NCBI GenBank assembly: GCA_040752575.1 | Contig: JBFMGK010000066.1 | Span: 57,185-121,184, forward strand | Length of the DNA: 64,000 nucleotides | Source: Candidatus Bipolaricaulota bacterium | GTDB lineage: Bacteria; Bipolaricaulota; Bipolaricaulia; UBA7950; UBA9294 | Reading direction: 5' to 3' | Part shown: piece by piece, positions 40,061-51,252 of the stretch | How positions within the stretch are numbered: the stretch's first letter is position 1 | Layout of the letters: every line of letters starts with the position of its first letter | Program-made: the position numbers and the translations under genes | Notes under the pieces: generated by a model | Told to the model about the DNA's origin: nothing | Seen by the model: the letters and a program-made list of their open reading frames with translations, nothing else | The model's database searches: none

Positions 40061-41563
40061 CTACCGTAGGGGAGCCGCGTTCGGGTCACCAGGCCGCCTG
40101 TCCCTTCGCGGGCCCGCGAACGTCCTCTCGCAATCTAGGGCCGCAAGGCGCCGGGCTTCCTGCAGGGCCGCATCCCGATCGGCCAGTTCCCCCGCGAGGA
40201 CGCGGTCGTGAAGTGCGTCGAGCAGGGCGCCAAGACGCGGGCCTGCGGGAACCCCCAAGGCCAACAGGTCGCCGCCGTGGATGATCTGCCTTGCTCGCTG
40301 AAGCGTGCCGACGGTCTCGACGTGCAACGCGATGCGCAGGGCCTCCGAGAGGATCGGCGCCCATCCGGAGGCCCGGTGCGCACTGGCCTCGCAGTCCGCG
40401 ACGAGAAGCGCGAGAAGGTCGGAGAACAGCGGATACCGGCCGATGAACAACCGCCCGCCTGGCTCGACGCCTTCGGAGAGGAACCTCACCTGCCGTCCTC
40501 GACCCATCTCCGGGAGGTCCGCGATGCGCATGTGGTTCTTCACGAGGAAAGAGAGTCGAGCGATCTCCGTGCGCCGTAGTCGCAGCCGCTCCGCGGCACG
40601 ACGCGCCATCGCCGCTCCCAGCGCGCAGTGGCCGCCCATGTTCGCCCCGCCGCTCCGCACGAACGCGGCAGGCTTCCCGACGTCATGCAGCAGGACGGCC
40701 AGTTTGACGATCGGGTCGCGCACGAACGCGTCCGCGACGCGGACGGCGGCCACCGTGTGGAGGAAGACGTCCCCTTCCGGGTGGTAGGCTTCGGGTTGCT
40801 CCACCCCCTTGCCAGCGAGAACTTCGGGCAGGACGTGTTCGAGAAGCCCTAGGTCGTCCAGCAGCTCAACACCTGTTGCCGCGCGCGGCGTGGCAAGGAT
40901 TCTCAGCAGTTCGTCGCGGACCCTCTCCCGCGAGATGCGGGAGAGTCCCGCAGAGGCGTCACGCGCAGCGCGCTCCGTCTCGGGATCAAGCGTCCCGTCG
41001 ATCTGGCAGACGAAGCGCACGGTTCGAAGGAGCCGAAGTGCGTCTTCCTTGAATCGCTCCGCGGGATCGCCAATCGCCTTCACGAGCCGAGCGCGAAGGT
41101 CCGCGACGCCACCGACCAGGTCGATCACGTGGCCCTCAGCCGTCGCGGCGAGTCCGTTCATCGTGAGGTCGCGCCGGCAGACGTCTCCTGCAAGATCACG
41201 CCCCAGCTCCACCCGCCCCGGCCACCGTCCGTCGTACTCCCCCTCGACGCGGAAGGTTGCCACTTCATAAGCCCGCCCGTCGGGGGCCACGATTACGACC
41301 ACACCGAACTCCTCGCCCACGCCGACCATGGGTCGATCGGCGAACAGCCGCCGAAGGTCATCCGGCATCGCCGCGGTCGCTACGTCGACGTCTCCGGGAG
41401 GATAGGCGATCGTTTGCCCCCACGAGGCCAAGAGCCCATCCCGCACGACCCCGCCAATCAGAACCGCGGCGAATCCCGACGCCTCAAGGCGAGCGAGGAT
41501 CTCGTGGACGAAGGGGTGGCGCGCGAAGAGCGCTGCAACGTCAATGCGCTCGGCCCTTTCCAT
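40061..41563 (-). CDS. cca: CCA tRNA nucleotidyltransferase (class II, HD domain)
   Basis: GGVVRD, DVD, RRDLTMNG, EDALRLLR, LHDVGK. Confidence 0.9.
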   Translation of the reverse strand: MERAERIDVAALFARHPFVHEILARLEASGFAAVLIGGVVRDGLLASWGQTIAYPPGDVDVATAAMPDDLRRLFADRPMVGVGEEFGVVVIVAPDGRAYEVATFRVEGEYDGRWPGRVELGRDLAGDVCRRDLTMNGLAATAEGHVIDLVGGVADLRARLVKAIGDPAERFKEDALRLLRTVRFVCQIDGTLDPETERAARDASAGLSRISRERVRDELLRILATPRAATGVELLDDLGLLEHVLPEVLAGKGVEQPEAYHPEGDVFLHTVAAVRVADAFVRDPIVKLAVLLHDVGKPAAFVRSGGANMGGHCALGAAMARRAAERLRLRRTEIARLSFLVKNHMRIADLPEMGRGRQVRFLSEGVEPGGRLFIGRYPLFSDLLALLVADCEASAHRASGWAPILSEALRIALHVETVGTLQRARQIIHGGDLLALGVPAGPRLGALLDALHDRVLAGELADRDAALQEARRLAALDCERTFAGPRRDRRPGDPNAAPLR

Positions 41564-41610
41564 GATGCCGCGATCGTATCCTGGGGAGCTCTCGGCCGCC
41601 AAGACCCTTC

Positions 41611-43333
<1,723 letters not shown>

Positions 43334-43341
<8 letters not shown>

Positions 43342-43714
43342 CGTCTTTCCCCGTCGCGTTCGCGTCCGTCTCGGCGATGTCGTCGGCAAGAAGCTCATGG
43401 AGCCGCAGAGCCCGCTCTACGCTCTCATCAAGGACAAACCGGATTTCCGGCGTGTGGCGAAGCGATAGGCGCTCCGCCAACATGCTGCGGTAGAACCCTC
43501 GATCGCGGCTCAACGAGCGCTCCACGGCCTCGCGGTCCACGTCGCCCGCCACGGCAACGTACACGCGGGCGTAGCGCGCATCGACGGAGAGTCGAACGTC
43601 CATCAGCGTAGGGAATGCGTTTCGCACCACTGGGTCGCGGCTCTCGAACTCCAGAATCGCGGAGAGCTCGCGCTGGATGTCCTCTCGCAGGCGAGCGTTC
43701 TTGCGCGTGCTCAC
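43334..43714 (-). CDS. rbfA: Ribosome-binding factor A
   Basis: DVRLSVDARYARVY, LRHTPEIRFVLD; position after infB. Confidence 0.92.
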
Positions 43715-43995
43715 AGGATCTCCACCTCGGACTCCGCCAACTCGTACCCTTCGCCCCGCTCAAGCCCTCGCTCGAGCTGTCGAAGGCATCGCTCGCTTCG
43801 CCCCGGCTCGCCGGAAAGGTGCGCGACGCGAATCCTCGCTCGTCGAAGCCCGCCGTTCGCTTCGATCTCGCAGACAGCGAAAGCGGGGCCCATGGCATGG
43901 ACCTTCGCCAGAATCCCCTTGACGATCGAGCGCCGCTGCTTGAGCGACGTCAAGCCGACGAGTCGAAAGGTGAGGTCCAGCACTCCCACCCTCAT
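43711..43995 (-). CDS. DUF503 (YlxP-like) protein
   Basis: MRVGVL, SLKQRRSIVK; typical slot between infB and rbfA. Confidence 0.85.
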   Translation of the reverse strand: MRVGVLDLTFRLVGLTSLKQRRSIVKGILAKVHAMGPAFAVCEIEANGGLRRARIRVAHLSGEPGRSERCLRQLERGLERGEGYELAESEVEIL

Positions 43996-44000
43996 CGACG

Positions 44001-45794
44001 CTAGCGCTCGATCTCCTTCAGTTCGAAGATCATGAGCCGATCCCCCACCTCGACGTCGTCGAAGTCCTTGATTCGGACTCCGCACTCCCGATCGGCGAGC
44101 ACCTCGCGAACGTCTTCCTCGAACCGGCGAACCGACGCGACTTCCCCCACGTGGACCTCGGCGTCGTTGCGTAGGACACGAACATGCGCTCGCCGCGCCA
44201 CCTTGCCTTGGCTCACGTAGCAGCCGGCAACCTTGCCGTTCGGAACCTTGAACACGTTTCGCACGTCGAGAATCCCGATCTCGACTTCCTCGAACTCCGG
44301 AGCGAGCTTCCGCTTCAGGGCTCTCTCCATCTCGGCAACAAGATCGTAGATGATCTCGTACGTCAACATCGAGACGCCCCGTTGCTCCGCCAGTCGTACG
44401 GCCTTCGGATCCGCTTTGACGCCGAATCCGACCACGACGGCATCGCCTTCGACCGAACTCGCAAGCAGCACGTCGCTCTCCGAGATCGTCCCGACGCCGG
44501 CGTGCAGTACGTTGAGCGAGACGCCCTCAATCGACAGCGTCTCGAGTTCGCGGCGCGCCGCTTCGAGGCCCCCGGTCGACGACGCCTTCAAGATCATCTG
44601 CAACCGCACCTTCTCTTCGGCCTGCTGAAGGAGTTCGTCAAACGTCAGGACCCGCCGCGCGCGCTTCGGCTTCGCCGCCTCGATCTCCGCCTCTACCGCT
44701 CGCCTCGCCTCGCTCTGGTCTCTGGCAACGAGGATCTTCGACCCTACGGGCGGGACGTCGTCGAATCCGAGAACCTGCACTGCATCCCCGGGGCAAGCTT
44801 CGGACATGCGGTTTCCCATCTCGTCCAGCAGCGCCTTGACGCGTCCGTGGGCCGAGCCCGCAACAACCCAGTCCTTCTCGCGCAACTTCCCATCGCGGAC
44901 CACGGCAGCCGCTACCGGTCCCTTTCCGGGGGAAAGGTGGCTCTCGATGATCACAGCCTCGAGCGGAGCCTCAGGGTCTCCGCGCAGATCCTCCATCTCG
45001 GCGACGAGCAGGATCATTTCGAGGAGGTCCTCGATCCCCAATCCTTGCAGCGCCGAGATCTCGACGGTAATCGTGTCCCCACCCCAAGCTTCGGGCGTCA
45101 AGCCGTGCTCCGCGAGGCCGGACAGCACGCGGCTCACGTCGGCGTTGGCCTTGTCAACCTTGTTGATCGCCACGACCATCGGGATCTGCGCCGCCTTGAT
45201 GTGATCGATTGCCTCGAGCGTTTGCGTCATCACACCGTCATCGGCGGCAACGACCAGAATCGCGATGTCGGTCGCCCCAGCTCCGCGGGCCCTCATCCCC
45301 GTGAAGGCCTTGTGCCCCGGCGTGTCGATGAACGTGATCCGTTGGCCCCTCAGCATCGCATGATACGCCGCGACACCTTGTGTGATGCCGCCGGCCTCCT
45401 TGGCGGCCACGTGGGAGTGGCGTATGGCATCGAGAAGCGTCGTCTTCCCGTGATCGATGTGCCCAAGGACCGAGACGATCGGAGGGCGCGGCGTTCCGCC
45501 GCGGCCAGGCCTTGGGGACGGCTTCTTGATCCCCGGCTTCGCGTCCGCGTGCGGCGCCGGGCTCTCCTCGCCACCTTCCGCGGGACGCTCCTCGCCGACA
45601 CCCACCACGGGCCCTTCGCCCGAGCCGTCTGGGCTCACCTCTCCCGCAAGGCGCAGGATGAGCGCGTACTCGTCTTCGTCGACGGAATTCGCAGCCTTCA
45701 TACCCGGCAGGCCCATCTCCGCGAGCTTGGCAATCAGATCTTTGCTCGAGACGCCTAGCTCATGAGCGATTTCGTAGACACGTTTGCGTGACAA
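44001..45794 (-). CDS. infB: Translation initiation factor IF-2
   Basis: [25 protein letters not shown]. Confidence 0.96.
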   Translation of the reverse strand: MSRKRVYEIAHELGVSSKDLIAKLAEMGLPGMKAANSVDEDEYALILRLAGEVSPDGSGEGPVVGVGEERPAEGGEESPAPHADAKPGIKKPSPRPGRGGTPRPPIVSVLGHIDHGKTTLLDAIRHSHVAAKEAGGITQGVAAYHAMLRGQRITFIDTPGHKAFTGMRARGAGATDIAILVVAADDGVMTQTLEAIDHIKAAQIPMVVAINKVDKANADVSRVLSGLAEHGLTPEAWGGDTITVEISALQGLGIEDLLEMILLVAEMEDLRGDPEAPLEAVIIESHLSPGKGPVAAAVVRDGKLREKDWVVAGSAHGRVKALLDEMGNRMSEACPGDAVQVLGFDDVPPVGSKILVARDQSEARRAVEAEIEAAKPKRARRVLTFDELLQQAEEKVRLQMILKASSTGGLEAARRELETLSIEGVSLNVLHAGVGTISESDVLLASSVEGDAVVVGFGVKADPKAVRLAEQRGVSMLTYEIIYDLVAEMERALKRKLAPEFEEVEIGILDVRNVFKVPNGKVAGCYVSQGKVARRAHVRVLRNDAEVHVGEVASVRRFEEDVREVLADRECGVRIKDFDDVEVGDRLMIFELKEIER

Positions 45795-45838
45795 GAACCC
45801 TCTTCCTTTCGCTTCTGGAGATGGCCAGCGCGGGACAG

Positions 45839-45867
45839 ACTATACGGGAACGAGCTGAACCCGTCAA
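45839..45867 (-). promoter_or_regulatory. Sigma70-type promoter of the infB operon
   Basis: TTGACG-17 nt-TATAGT. Confidence 0.7.
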
Positions 45868-45924
45868 CGAGAGGCGCCAGAGCCTGTCGCTCCGGGCTCG
45901 CCGCGCTGGCCGGCCGTGCGACGT

Positions 45925-46545
45925 TCAGGCCTGCTTCGCCTCGACCTCGGGGGTCGCATCGAGCCACGCCCGAACCTTCTGGATGTCCAGCCAGGTCAGG
46001 TGTTTGGGGCTCCCCTTCTCCTTCGATGGATACCGAAGCAGGTAACTGGGGTGGAACATCGGGAACAGAAGGATCCCCCCTCGCCAGGCGAAGAACTTCC
46101 CCCGCGACTGCGTGATCCCCGGCGCTTCGGGAAGCAGCCATTGTGTCGGCGTATTCCCGAGGGTTACGACGAGCACGGGTTGGATCAGAGCAATCTGCGC
46201 CTCAAGATACGGAAAGCACGCCGTCATCTCCCCGCGAGCCGGGACCCGGTTCCCCGGGGGTCGGCACTTCACGACGTTGGTGATGTACACGTCCTCGCGC
46301 TGGATTCCGACTGACGCGAGAACCTCATCCAGTTTCTGGCCGGCCGGTCCGACAAACGGCCGCCCCGTCGTGTCCTCGACCTCGCCCGGACCCTCGCCAA
46401 CGAACATGAGCCGGGCATTCGGCGTGCCCTCGCCAAATACCGTGTGCGTCCGCGTTGTCGCCAAAGGACACGCGGTGCACGTCGCCACTCGATCCTGGAG
46501 GGTCGTCAGTTTCAGGGCTGCCAGGCCCTCGTGGTGTTCCTGCAC
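45925..46545 (-). CDS. Uracil-DNA glycosylase, family 4 (Fe-S)
   Basis: CTAC, GEGPG, GRPFVG, KCRPP, HPSYLL. Confidence 0.93.
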   Translation of the reverse strand: MQEHHEGLAALKLTTLQDRVATCTACPLATTRTHTVFGEGTPNARLMFVGEGPGEVEDTTGRPFVGPAGQKLDEVLASVGIQREDVYITNVVKCRPPGNRVPARGEMTACFPYLEAQIALIQPVLVVTLGNTPTQWLLPEAPGITQSRGKFFAWRGGILLFPMFHPSYLLRYPSKEKGSPKHLTWLDIQKVRAWLDATPEVEAKQA

Positions 46546-46596
46546 CCTCGCCTCCAAGGACTGCCCGCAGCGCGACTCGCCGCGCCTGCAGAAGTG

Positions 46597-46669
46597 AGCG
46601 GGCAACGGGATTCGAACCCGCGACCCTCAGCTTGGGAAGCTGATGCTCTACCAACTGAGCTATGCCCGC
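46597..46669 (-). tRNA. tRNA-Gly (anticodon CCC), CCA not encoded
   Basis: GCGGGCATAGCTCAGTTGGTAGAGC...TTCCCAA...GGTTCGAATCCC...GCCCGCT cloverleaf, 73 nt. Confidence 0.96.
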
Positions 46670-46683
46670 ATGGCCTGTTGATG

Positions 46684-46712
46684 ATCGTATAGTACCTCGG
46701 CGCGGCCGGCAA
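46684..46712 (-). promoter_or_regulatory. Putative promoter of tRNA-Gly
   Basis: TTGCCG-17 nt-TACGAT. Confidence 0.5.
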
Positions 46713-46713
46713 C

Positions 46714-47898
46714 TCATGCACCGAGGGCGGCAAGAGCGGGCAGGCGCTTCCCCTCGAGATACGCGAGGCAAGCTCCCCCTCCGGTCGAGATGAACGACAC
46801 TCGGTCCGCGAGGCCCATCGCCGCGAGCGCCTCGCCTGTCTCCCCGCCGCCGATCACGCTGAACGACGACGACCGAGCGACGGCTTCGGCGACGCCCCGC
46901 GTCCCGGCATCAAACGGCGGAACCTCGAACGCCCCCATCGGACCCGCCCAGACGATGGAACGCGCCTTGGCAATCCAGGCCTCGAACTCGCGGACGGTCG
47001 CCGGTCCGATGTCGAATCCGGTCCACCCTGCCGGGACCTCCGCGACATCGGCCACAACAGCCTTCTCAGGAGAACGGAGATCCGGCGCAACCACCGCATC
47101 CCGCGGAAGCACGATCGCCGTTCCGGACCGTCGCGCCTCGGCGTCGACCTGGCGAAGCCGCTTCACAAGCTCGGTCTCCTCCGCATCTGGTCGCAAGGCC
47201 GCGCGAAAGGTCGCCGCTACGCCGCCGCCGATCAGCACTGCATCGACTCGCGACGCCAGCTGGGAGAGAGCCCCCAGCTTGCTCTCCGCCTTCTTGCCGC
47301 CCACGATCGCGAGATAGGGGCGCTCGGGAGCCTCGAGAAGGCGCGACAGAACGTCGATCTCGGCCTCAACGAGGAGGCCCGCGAAGGCGGGCAGCCGCTC
47401 CGCCAGGCCGACCATCGTCGCATGCGCCCGGTGCAGCGCCCCAAAGGCGTCGTTCACGTAGAGGTCCCCCAACGCGCTCAACGCCGCTGCAAACTCGGGG
47501 GCGTTTTCCTCTTCCCCACGATGGAAGCGCACATTCTCCAGAAGAAAGACGTCCCCCGGCGCTCCCGCCGCAATCGCCTTCTCGACCCCATCGCCCACAC
47601 AATCGTCGAGCTTGCGAACGGCGCGACCGAGAAGCTCCGACAGTCGTGCACCCAGCGGATCGACTCTGAGGCTCTCGACGACCTTTCCGTCGGGCTGTCC
47701 AAGGTGCGTCAACAGGACAACGCGTGCGCCTCGCCCCGCGAGGAGATCAATCGTTGGAACCGCCGCGCGGATCCGGGCGTCATCCTGAATGTCTGTTCCT
47801 CTGATGGGAACGTTAAAATCGACTCTCACCAACACCGTCTTCCCCGCGACGTCGGCGTCGCCGACCCGCCTCATCCTTCCTTCACGCCCGCCCGCCAT
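46714..47898 (-). CDS. pgk: Phosphoglycerate kinase (divergent)
   Basis: RVDFNVP, LLENVRFH, NDAFG..HRAHA, STGGGA; start 47898 or 47874. Confidence 0.9.
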   Translation of the reverse strand: MAGGREGRMRRVGDADVAGKTVLVRVDFNVPIRGTDIQDDARIRAAVPTIDLLAGRGARVVLLTHLGQPDGKVVESLRVDPLGARLSELLGRAVRKLDDCVGDGVEKAIAAGAPGDVFLLENVRFHRGEEENAPEFAAALSALGDLYVNDAFGALHRAHATMVGLAERLPAFAGLLVEAEIDVLSRLLEAPERPYLAIVGGKKAESKLGALSQLASRVDAVLIGGGVAATFRAALRPDAEETELVKRLRQVDAEARRSGTAIVLPRDAVVAPDLRSPEKAVVADVAEVPAGWTGFDIGPATVREFEAWIAKARSIVWAGPMGAFEVPPFDAGTRGVAEAVARSSSFSVIGGGETGEALAAMGLADRVSFISTGGGACLAYLEGKRLPALAALGA

Positions 47899-47929
47899 TC
47901 GTCCTCCTAGCGTATCGCTCGAATGCCCT

Positions 47930-47978
47930 TTGAACGCAATATGGAACGGGATTATAATGCGTCGGAATGACCGGTCAA
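47930..47978. promoter_or_regulatory. Bidirectional promoter centred on the palindrome ATTATAAT
   Basis: Plus strand TTGAAC-17-TATAAT; minus strand TTGACC-16-TATAAT. Confidence 0.7.
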
Positions 47979-48812
47979 AGCTACGTTCTTCTTGCGCTGG
48001 GCGTGTTTGCGGCGCTCATCGTGACCGTCGCCGGCATCGAGCGCTATCTTCTCGACGAGCACCCGCCCGATCAGGTGGACGGTCTGCTTTGGCGGGTCAC
48101 CAACGCGACGACGCGGATTCGGGACCTCGAGATGACCGTCGTCTCCACCGAGGATGAGGAAACGCCCCTTCGGTCCGTGGTCAGGATCCTTGGCGGCCCC
48201 ATCCCCGTCTTGTCCGTCGAGTACGTTGAGCCGGAGTCCATGCGCGGCCAGATCTACACCGTTCAGCGCGATCTCTTGTCGCTCTACGTTCCCGAAAACG
48301 GGGTCACCGTCGTCCGCCGTTGGATGGGCCTCCCGCTCGCCGCGGTCGGCCTTGCCGCCCTCGACGTGACGCACATCGAGAAGGAATGGCAAAACGGACG
48401 TCTCGTCCTTCAGGTTGTGCAGGAGGAACCGTCTCTGCCGCTCGCCCTCACGGACACCGTCCTCGTGCCCAGCACCTCGGTAGGATCCGTCGCTCTGGAG
48501 GTGGGACTCTGGCCACAAGCCTCTCTCTTCCCGGAGGGCCTTGCGGCGACGCCACGATTCGGCGGCCCTGACCCGACAGAATGGGCGACTCGTCTCCCGA
48601 CGCACTATCTGCTTGAGGTGCGCAACGGGGACACGCTCGAACTCATGCGGACCCTCTGGATCGACCGCTCAACGTTCATGGTGCGACGGGTCGTGACCTT
48701 CGACGGAGGACGCCGACGGACCGTCGAGATCGAGAACGCGAAAGTCAACCAAGGGCTGACAGCCCAGGACGTGCTGATCATCCCTCGGGGAGGTCCGGTG
48801 CTGCGAGGCTAG
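47967..48812 (+). CDS. Exported LolA-like / lipoprotein-sorting-fold protein
   Basis: N-terminal hydrophobic segment; VEYVEP, LWIDRSTF and VNQGL resemble LolA-superfamily strands. Confidence 0.55.
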   Translation: MTGQSYVLLALGVFAALIVTVAGIERYLLDEHPPDQVDGLLWRVTNATTRIRDLEMTVVSTEDEETPLRSVVRILGGPIPVLSVEYVEPESMRGQIYTVQRDLLSLYVPENGVTVVRRWMGLPLAAVGLAALDVTHIEKEWQNGRLVLQVVQEEPSLPLALTDTVLVPSTSVGSVALEVGLWPQASLFPEGLAATPRFGGPDPTEWATRLPTHYLLEVRNGDTLELMRTLWIDRSTFMVRRVVTFDGGRRRTVEIENAKVNQGLTAQDVLIIPRGGPVLRG

Positions 48813-49315
48813 TTCGAGGCCCGCTCTTCGTCCGGATGCCCCCGCAGCCTGCGAAACTCCCGCAGATCGAGGTTCTCCTCGACGAACTCCTGAAACTCGT
48901 CTTCTTCCGCAAACGGGGACTCGATCGCAGCCTCGTCGAACACAGCGTCTTCGATGTAGATCGGGCAGTTCACCCTCAGGGAGAGCGCCAGCGAGTCCGA
49001 CGGGCGTGCGTCAAACTCGTGCTCTTGTCCTCCCGCGTCGGTCACGACGATTCCGGCGTAGTACGTTCCCTCTTTGACTTCCTTGATCACGACGCGTTCG
49101 ACCTTCGCCCGCAGCGTGTCGAGCATCGACTTGACCAACGCGTGCGTCAGAGGCCGCGGGAAGTCCTCGGATTGAAGGCCGAACGCAATCGAGATCGCCT
49201 CGGCATCGCCGATCCAGATCGGGAGGGCCTTCTGCGAACCCTTGTCTTTGAGCAGGACAACCGGCGAGTTGTTCGACGGGTCGACCAGCAACGCTTTGAT
49301 CACCACTTCCCGCAT
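48809..49315 (-). CDS. Bifunctional nuclease (DUF151) family protein
   Basis: LPIWIG..EA, RPLTH, DARPSDS.AL. Confidence 0.9.
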   Translation of the reverse strand: MREVVIKALLVDPSNNSPVVLLKDKGSQKALPIWIGDAEAISIAFGLQSEDFPRPLTHALVKSMLDTLRAKVERVVIKEVKEGTYYAGIVVTDAGGQEHEFDARPSDSLALSLRVNCPIYIEDAVFDEAAIESPFAEEDEFQEFVEENLDLREFRRLRGHPDEERASN

Positions 49316-49355
49316 CGCCAGACTCCTTTGTCCTGTGTGCACCGCGAGCGCGCGG

Positions 49356-49383
49356 ATTATACTCCTCTTCACAAGGGCCACAA
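49356..49383 (-). promoter_or_regulatory. Putative promoter of the DUF151 gene, with an overlapping plus-strand TATACT facing glmS
   Basis: Minus strand TTGTGG-16-TATAAT; ATTATACT at 49356-49363. Confidence 0.5.
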
Positions 49384-49431
49384 AGCCTCGTCGGCTTCCG
49401 CGATTCAAAGCGCGATCAGGGGGTGTTGGAC

Positions 49432-51252
49432 GTGTGCGGAATCGTCGGGTACGTCGGCCGTGAGCCGGCCGCTCCGTTCTTGATCGAGAGTCTCAAGAGG
49501 CTGGAGTATCGTGGGTACGATTCGGCGGGAATCGCCGTTCTGGAAGGCGCGGAACTCGTTCGCTTTCGCCGCGCGGGCAAGGTGCGAGAACTCGAGTCCG
49601 AGGTCGTTCCCGCGCAACTCACCGGCACCGTAGGGATCGGCCACACGCGGTGGGCGACTCACGGCGCGCCGACAGACAGCAACGCTCATCCTCACCTTGA
49701 CTGCACCGGGACCCTGGCCGTCATCCACAACGGCATTATCGAAAACCACGTCGCCCTCCGCGAGCGCCTGGAGCGCGAGGGACACCGCTTCTCCTCGGAG
49801 ACGGATACCGAGGTTCTGGCGCACCTGATCGAGTCGTCGTATGCCGGCGACCTCCTGGACGCCGTTCGCGCCGCCGTAGCCGAGGCGCAGGGAGCGTTCG
49901 CGGTGGCCGTTCTCTGCCGCGCAACGCCAGACCGAATCGTCGTTGCGAAGCGAGGCAGTCCACTCGTCGTCGGGCGAAGCGCCACGGCCTCGTTCGCGAG
50001 TTCGGACATCCCGGCGCTGTTGGGCCGCGCGTCCGACGTTCAGTTCCTCCAAGATGACGAGCTGGGGGTGCTCACGCCGGACAGCGTGCGCATCGTGAAC
50101 CTCGACGGGGCCGATGTGCAGCGTCCTCCGCATCACGTCTCGGCCGACCCCATCTCCATTCAGCGCGGCGGCTACAAGCACTTCATGCTGAAGGAAATCC
50201 ATGAGCAGCCCCGCTCGATCGGCGAGACCCTCCGCGAGAAACTCGCATCGGACACCCAGACGCTCGCCGTGCCCGCGGCCGAGGTCATCGGCGCGGACTA
50301 CGATCAGGTGGTTCTCGTCGCGTGCGGAACGGCCTGCCATGCCGCGCTGACGGCCGAGTACCTGTGGGAGGGGATGCTGCGCGTGCCGGTCCGCGCCGTG
50401 ATCGCTTCCGAGTACCGCCTACGGGACATGCACGCCACCAAGCGAACCTTGGCCGTCGCCGTTTCCCAATCCGGCGAAACCATTGACACGCTCATGGCCC
50501 TGCGCCGAGCGCGCGAGCGCGGGGCACGCGTCCTCGCCGTCGTGAACACCGAGATGTCGGCCATCGAGCGCGAGTCGGACGCCGTGGTCTACACGCGCGC
50601 GGGCATCGAGATCGGCGTGGCGGCCACCAAGACCTTCACGGCACAGATCGCGGCGCTCGGAATGCTCGGCCTTGCCCTGTCGCAGCAGCGTGGCGGATCG
50701 CCCGACGTCGTGCAGGAAGAGCTACGGCGACTGGCCTTCCTCCCCGGGAAGATCATCGAGGCACTGCGCGTTGAACCTGCCATCCGGCAACTGGCTCAGC
50801 GGCTGCGCCGTGCGGGCAACGCGCTCTTCCTGGCCCGTGGTTCCCTGTTCCCCATCGCCCTCGAGGGCGCGCTCAAACTGAAAGAGATCTCGTACATCCA
50901 CGCCGAGGGCTATCCCGCTGGAGAGATGAAGCATGGCCCGATCGCCCTCATCGACGAAGAAACGCCTGTCGTCATGCTCGCAGAACGCGGGCCGACCTAC
51001 GACAAGACGCTTGCCAACATGGAGGAGGTCAAGGCCCGCAAGGGATTCGTTGTGGCGGTCACGGACCATCCGGGCGACCCGGCGATCGTGCACCTTGCCG
51101 ATGCCGTCGTGCCCGTCCCTCCATCTGGCGGCATCTCTTCGCCGATCCTGTTCACGATTCCCCTCCAGCTTCTGGCCTACCACGTCGCCGTGGCACGCGG
51201 CACGGATGTCGACCAGCCACGCAACCTGGCCAAAACCGTTACCGTCGAGTGA
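49432..51252 (+). CDS. glmS: Glutamine-fructose-6-phosphate aminotransferase
   Basis: (M)CGIVG, RGYDSAG, GHTRWATHG, SQSGET, PRNLAKTVTVE. Confidence 0.97.
   Translation: MCGIVGYVGREPAAPFLIESLKRLEYRGYDSAGIAVLEGAELVRFRRAGKVRELESEVVPAQLTGTVGIGHTRWATHGAPTDSNAHPHLDCTGTLAVIHNGIIENHVALRERLEREGHRFSSETDTEVLAHLIESSYAGDLLDAVRAAVAEAQGAFAVAVLCRATPDRIVVAKRGSPLVVGRSATASFASSDIPALLGRASDVQFLQDDELGVLTPDSVRIVNLDGADVQRPPHHVSADPISIQRGGYKHFMLKEIHEQPRSIGETLREKLASDTQTLAVPAAEVIGADYDQVVLVACGTACHAALTAEYLWEGMLRVPVRAVIASEYRLRDMHATKRTLAVAVSQSGETIDTLMALRRARERGARVLAVVNTEMSAIERESDAVVYTRAGIEIGVAATKTFTAQIAALGMLGLALSQQRGGSPDVVQEELRRLAFLPGKIIEALRVEPAIRQLAQRLRRAGNALFLARGSLFPIALEGALKLKEISYIHAEGYPAGEMKHGPIALIDEETPVVMLAERGPTYDKTLANMEEVKARKGFVVAVTDHPGDPAIVHLADAVVPVPPSGGISSPILFTIPLQLLAYHVAVARGTDVDQPRNLAKTVTVE

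Noticed and set aside
44184..45758. 524-aa plus-strand ORF
   Set aside because: Antisense shadow of infB
46546..46600. Genomic island integrated at tRNA-Gly
   Set aside because: No integrase and no duplicated tRNA 3' end seen; housekeeping genes on both sides
49316..49431. Possible glmS ribozyme (AAAGCGC near 49407)
   Set aside because: Only ~115 nt of divergent intergenic space and no ribozyme core downstream of the motif
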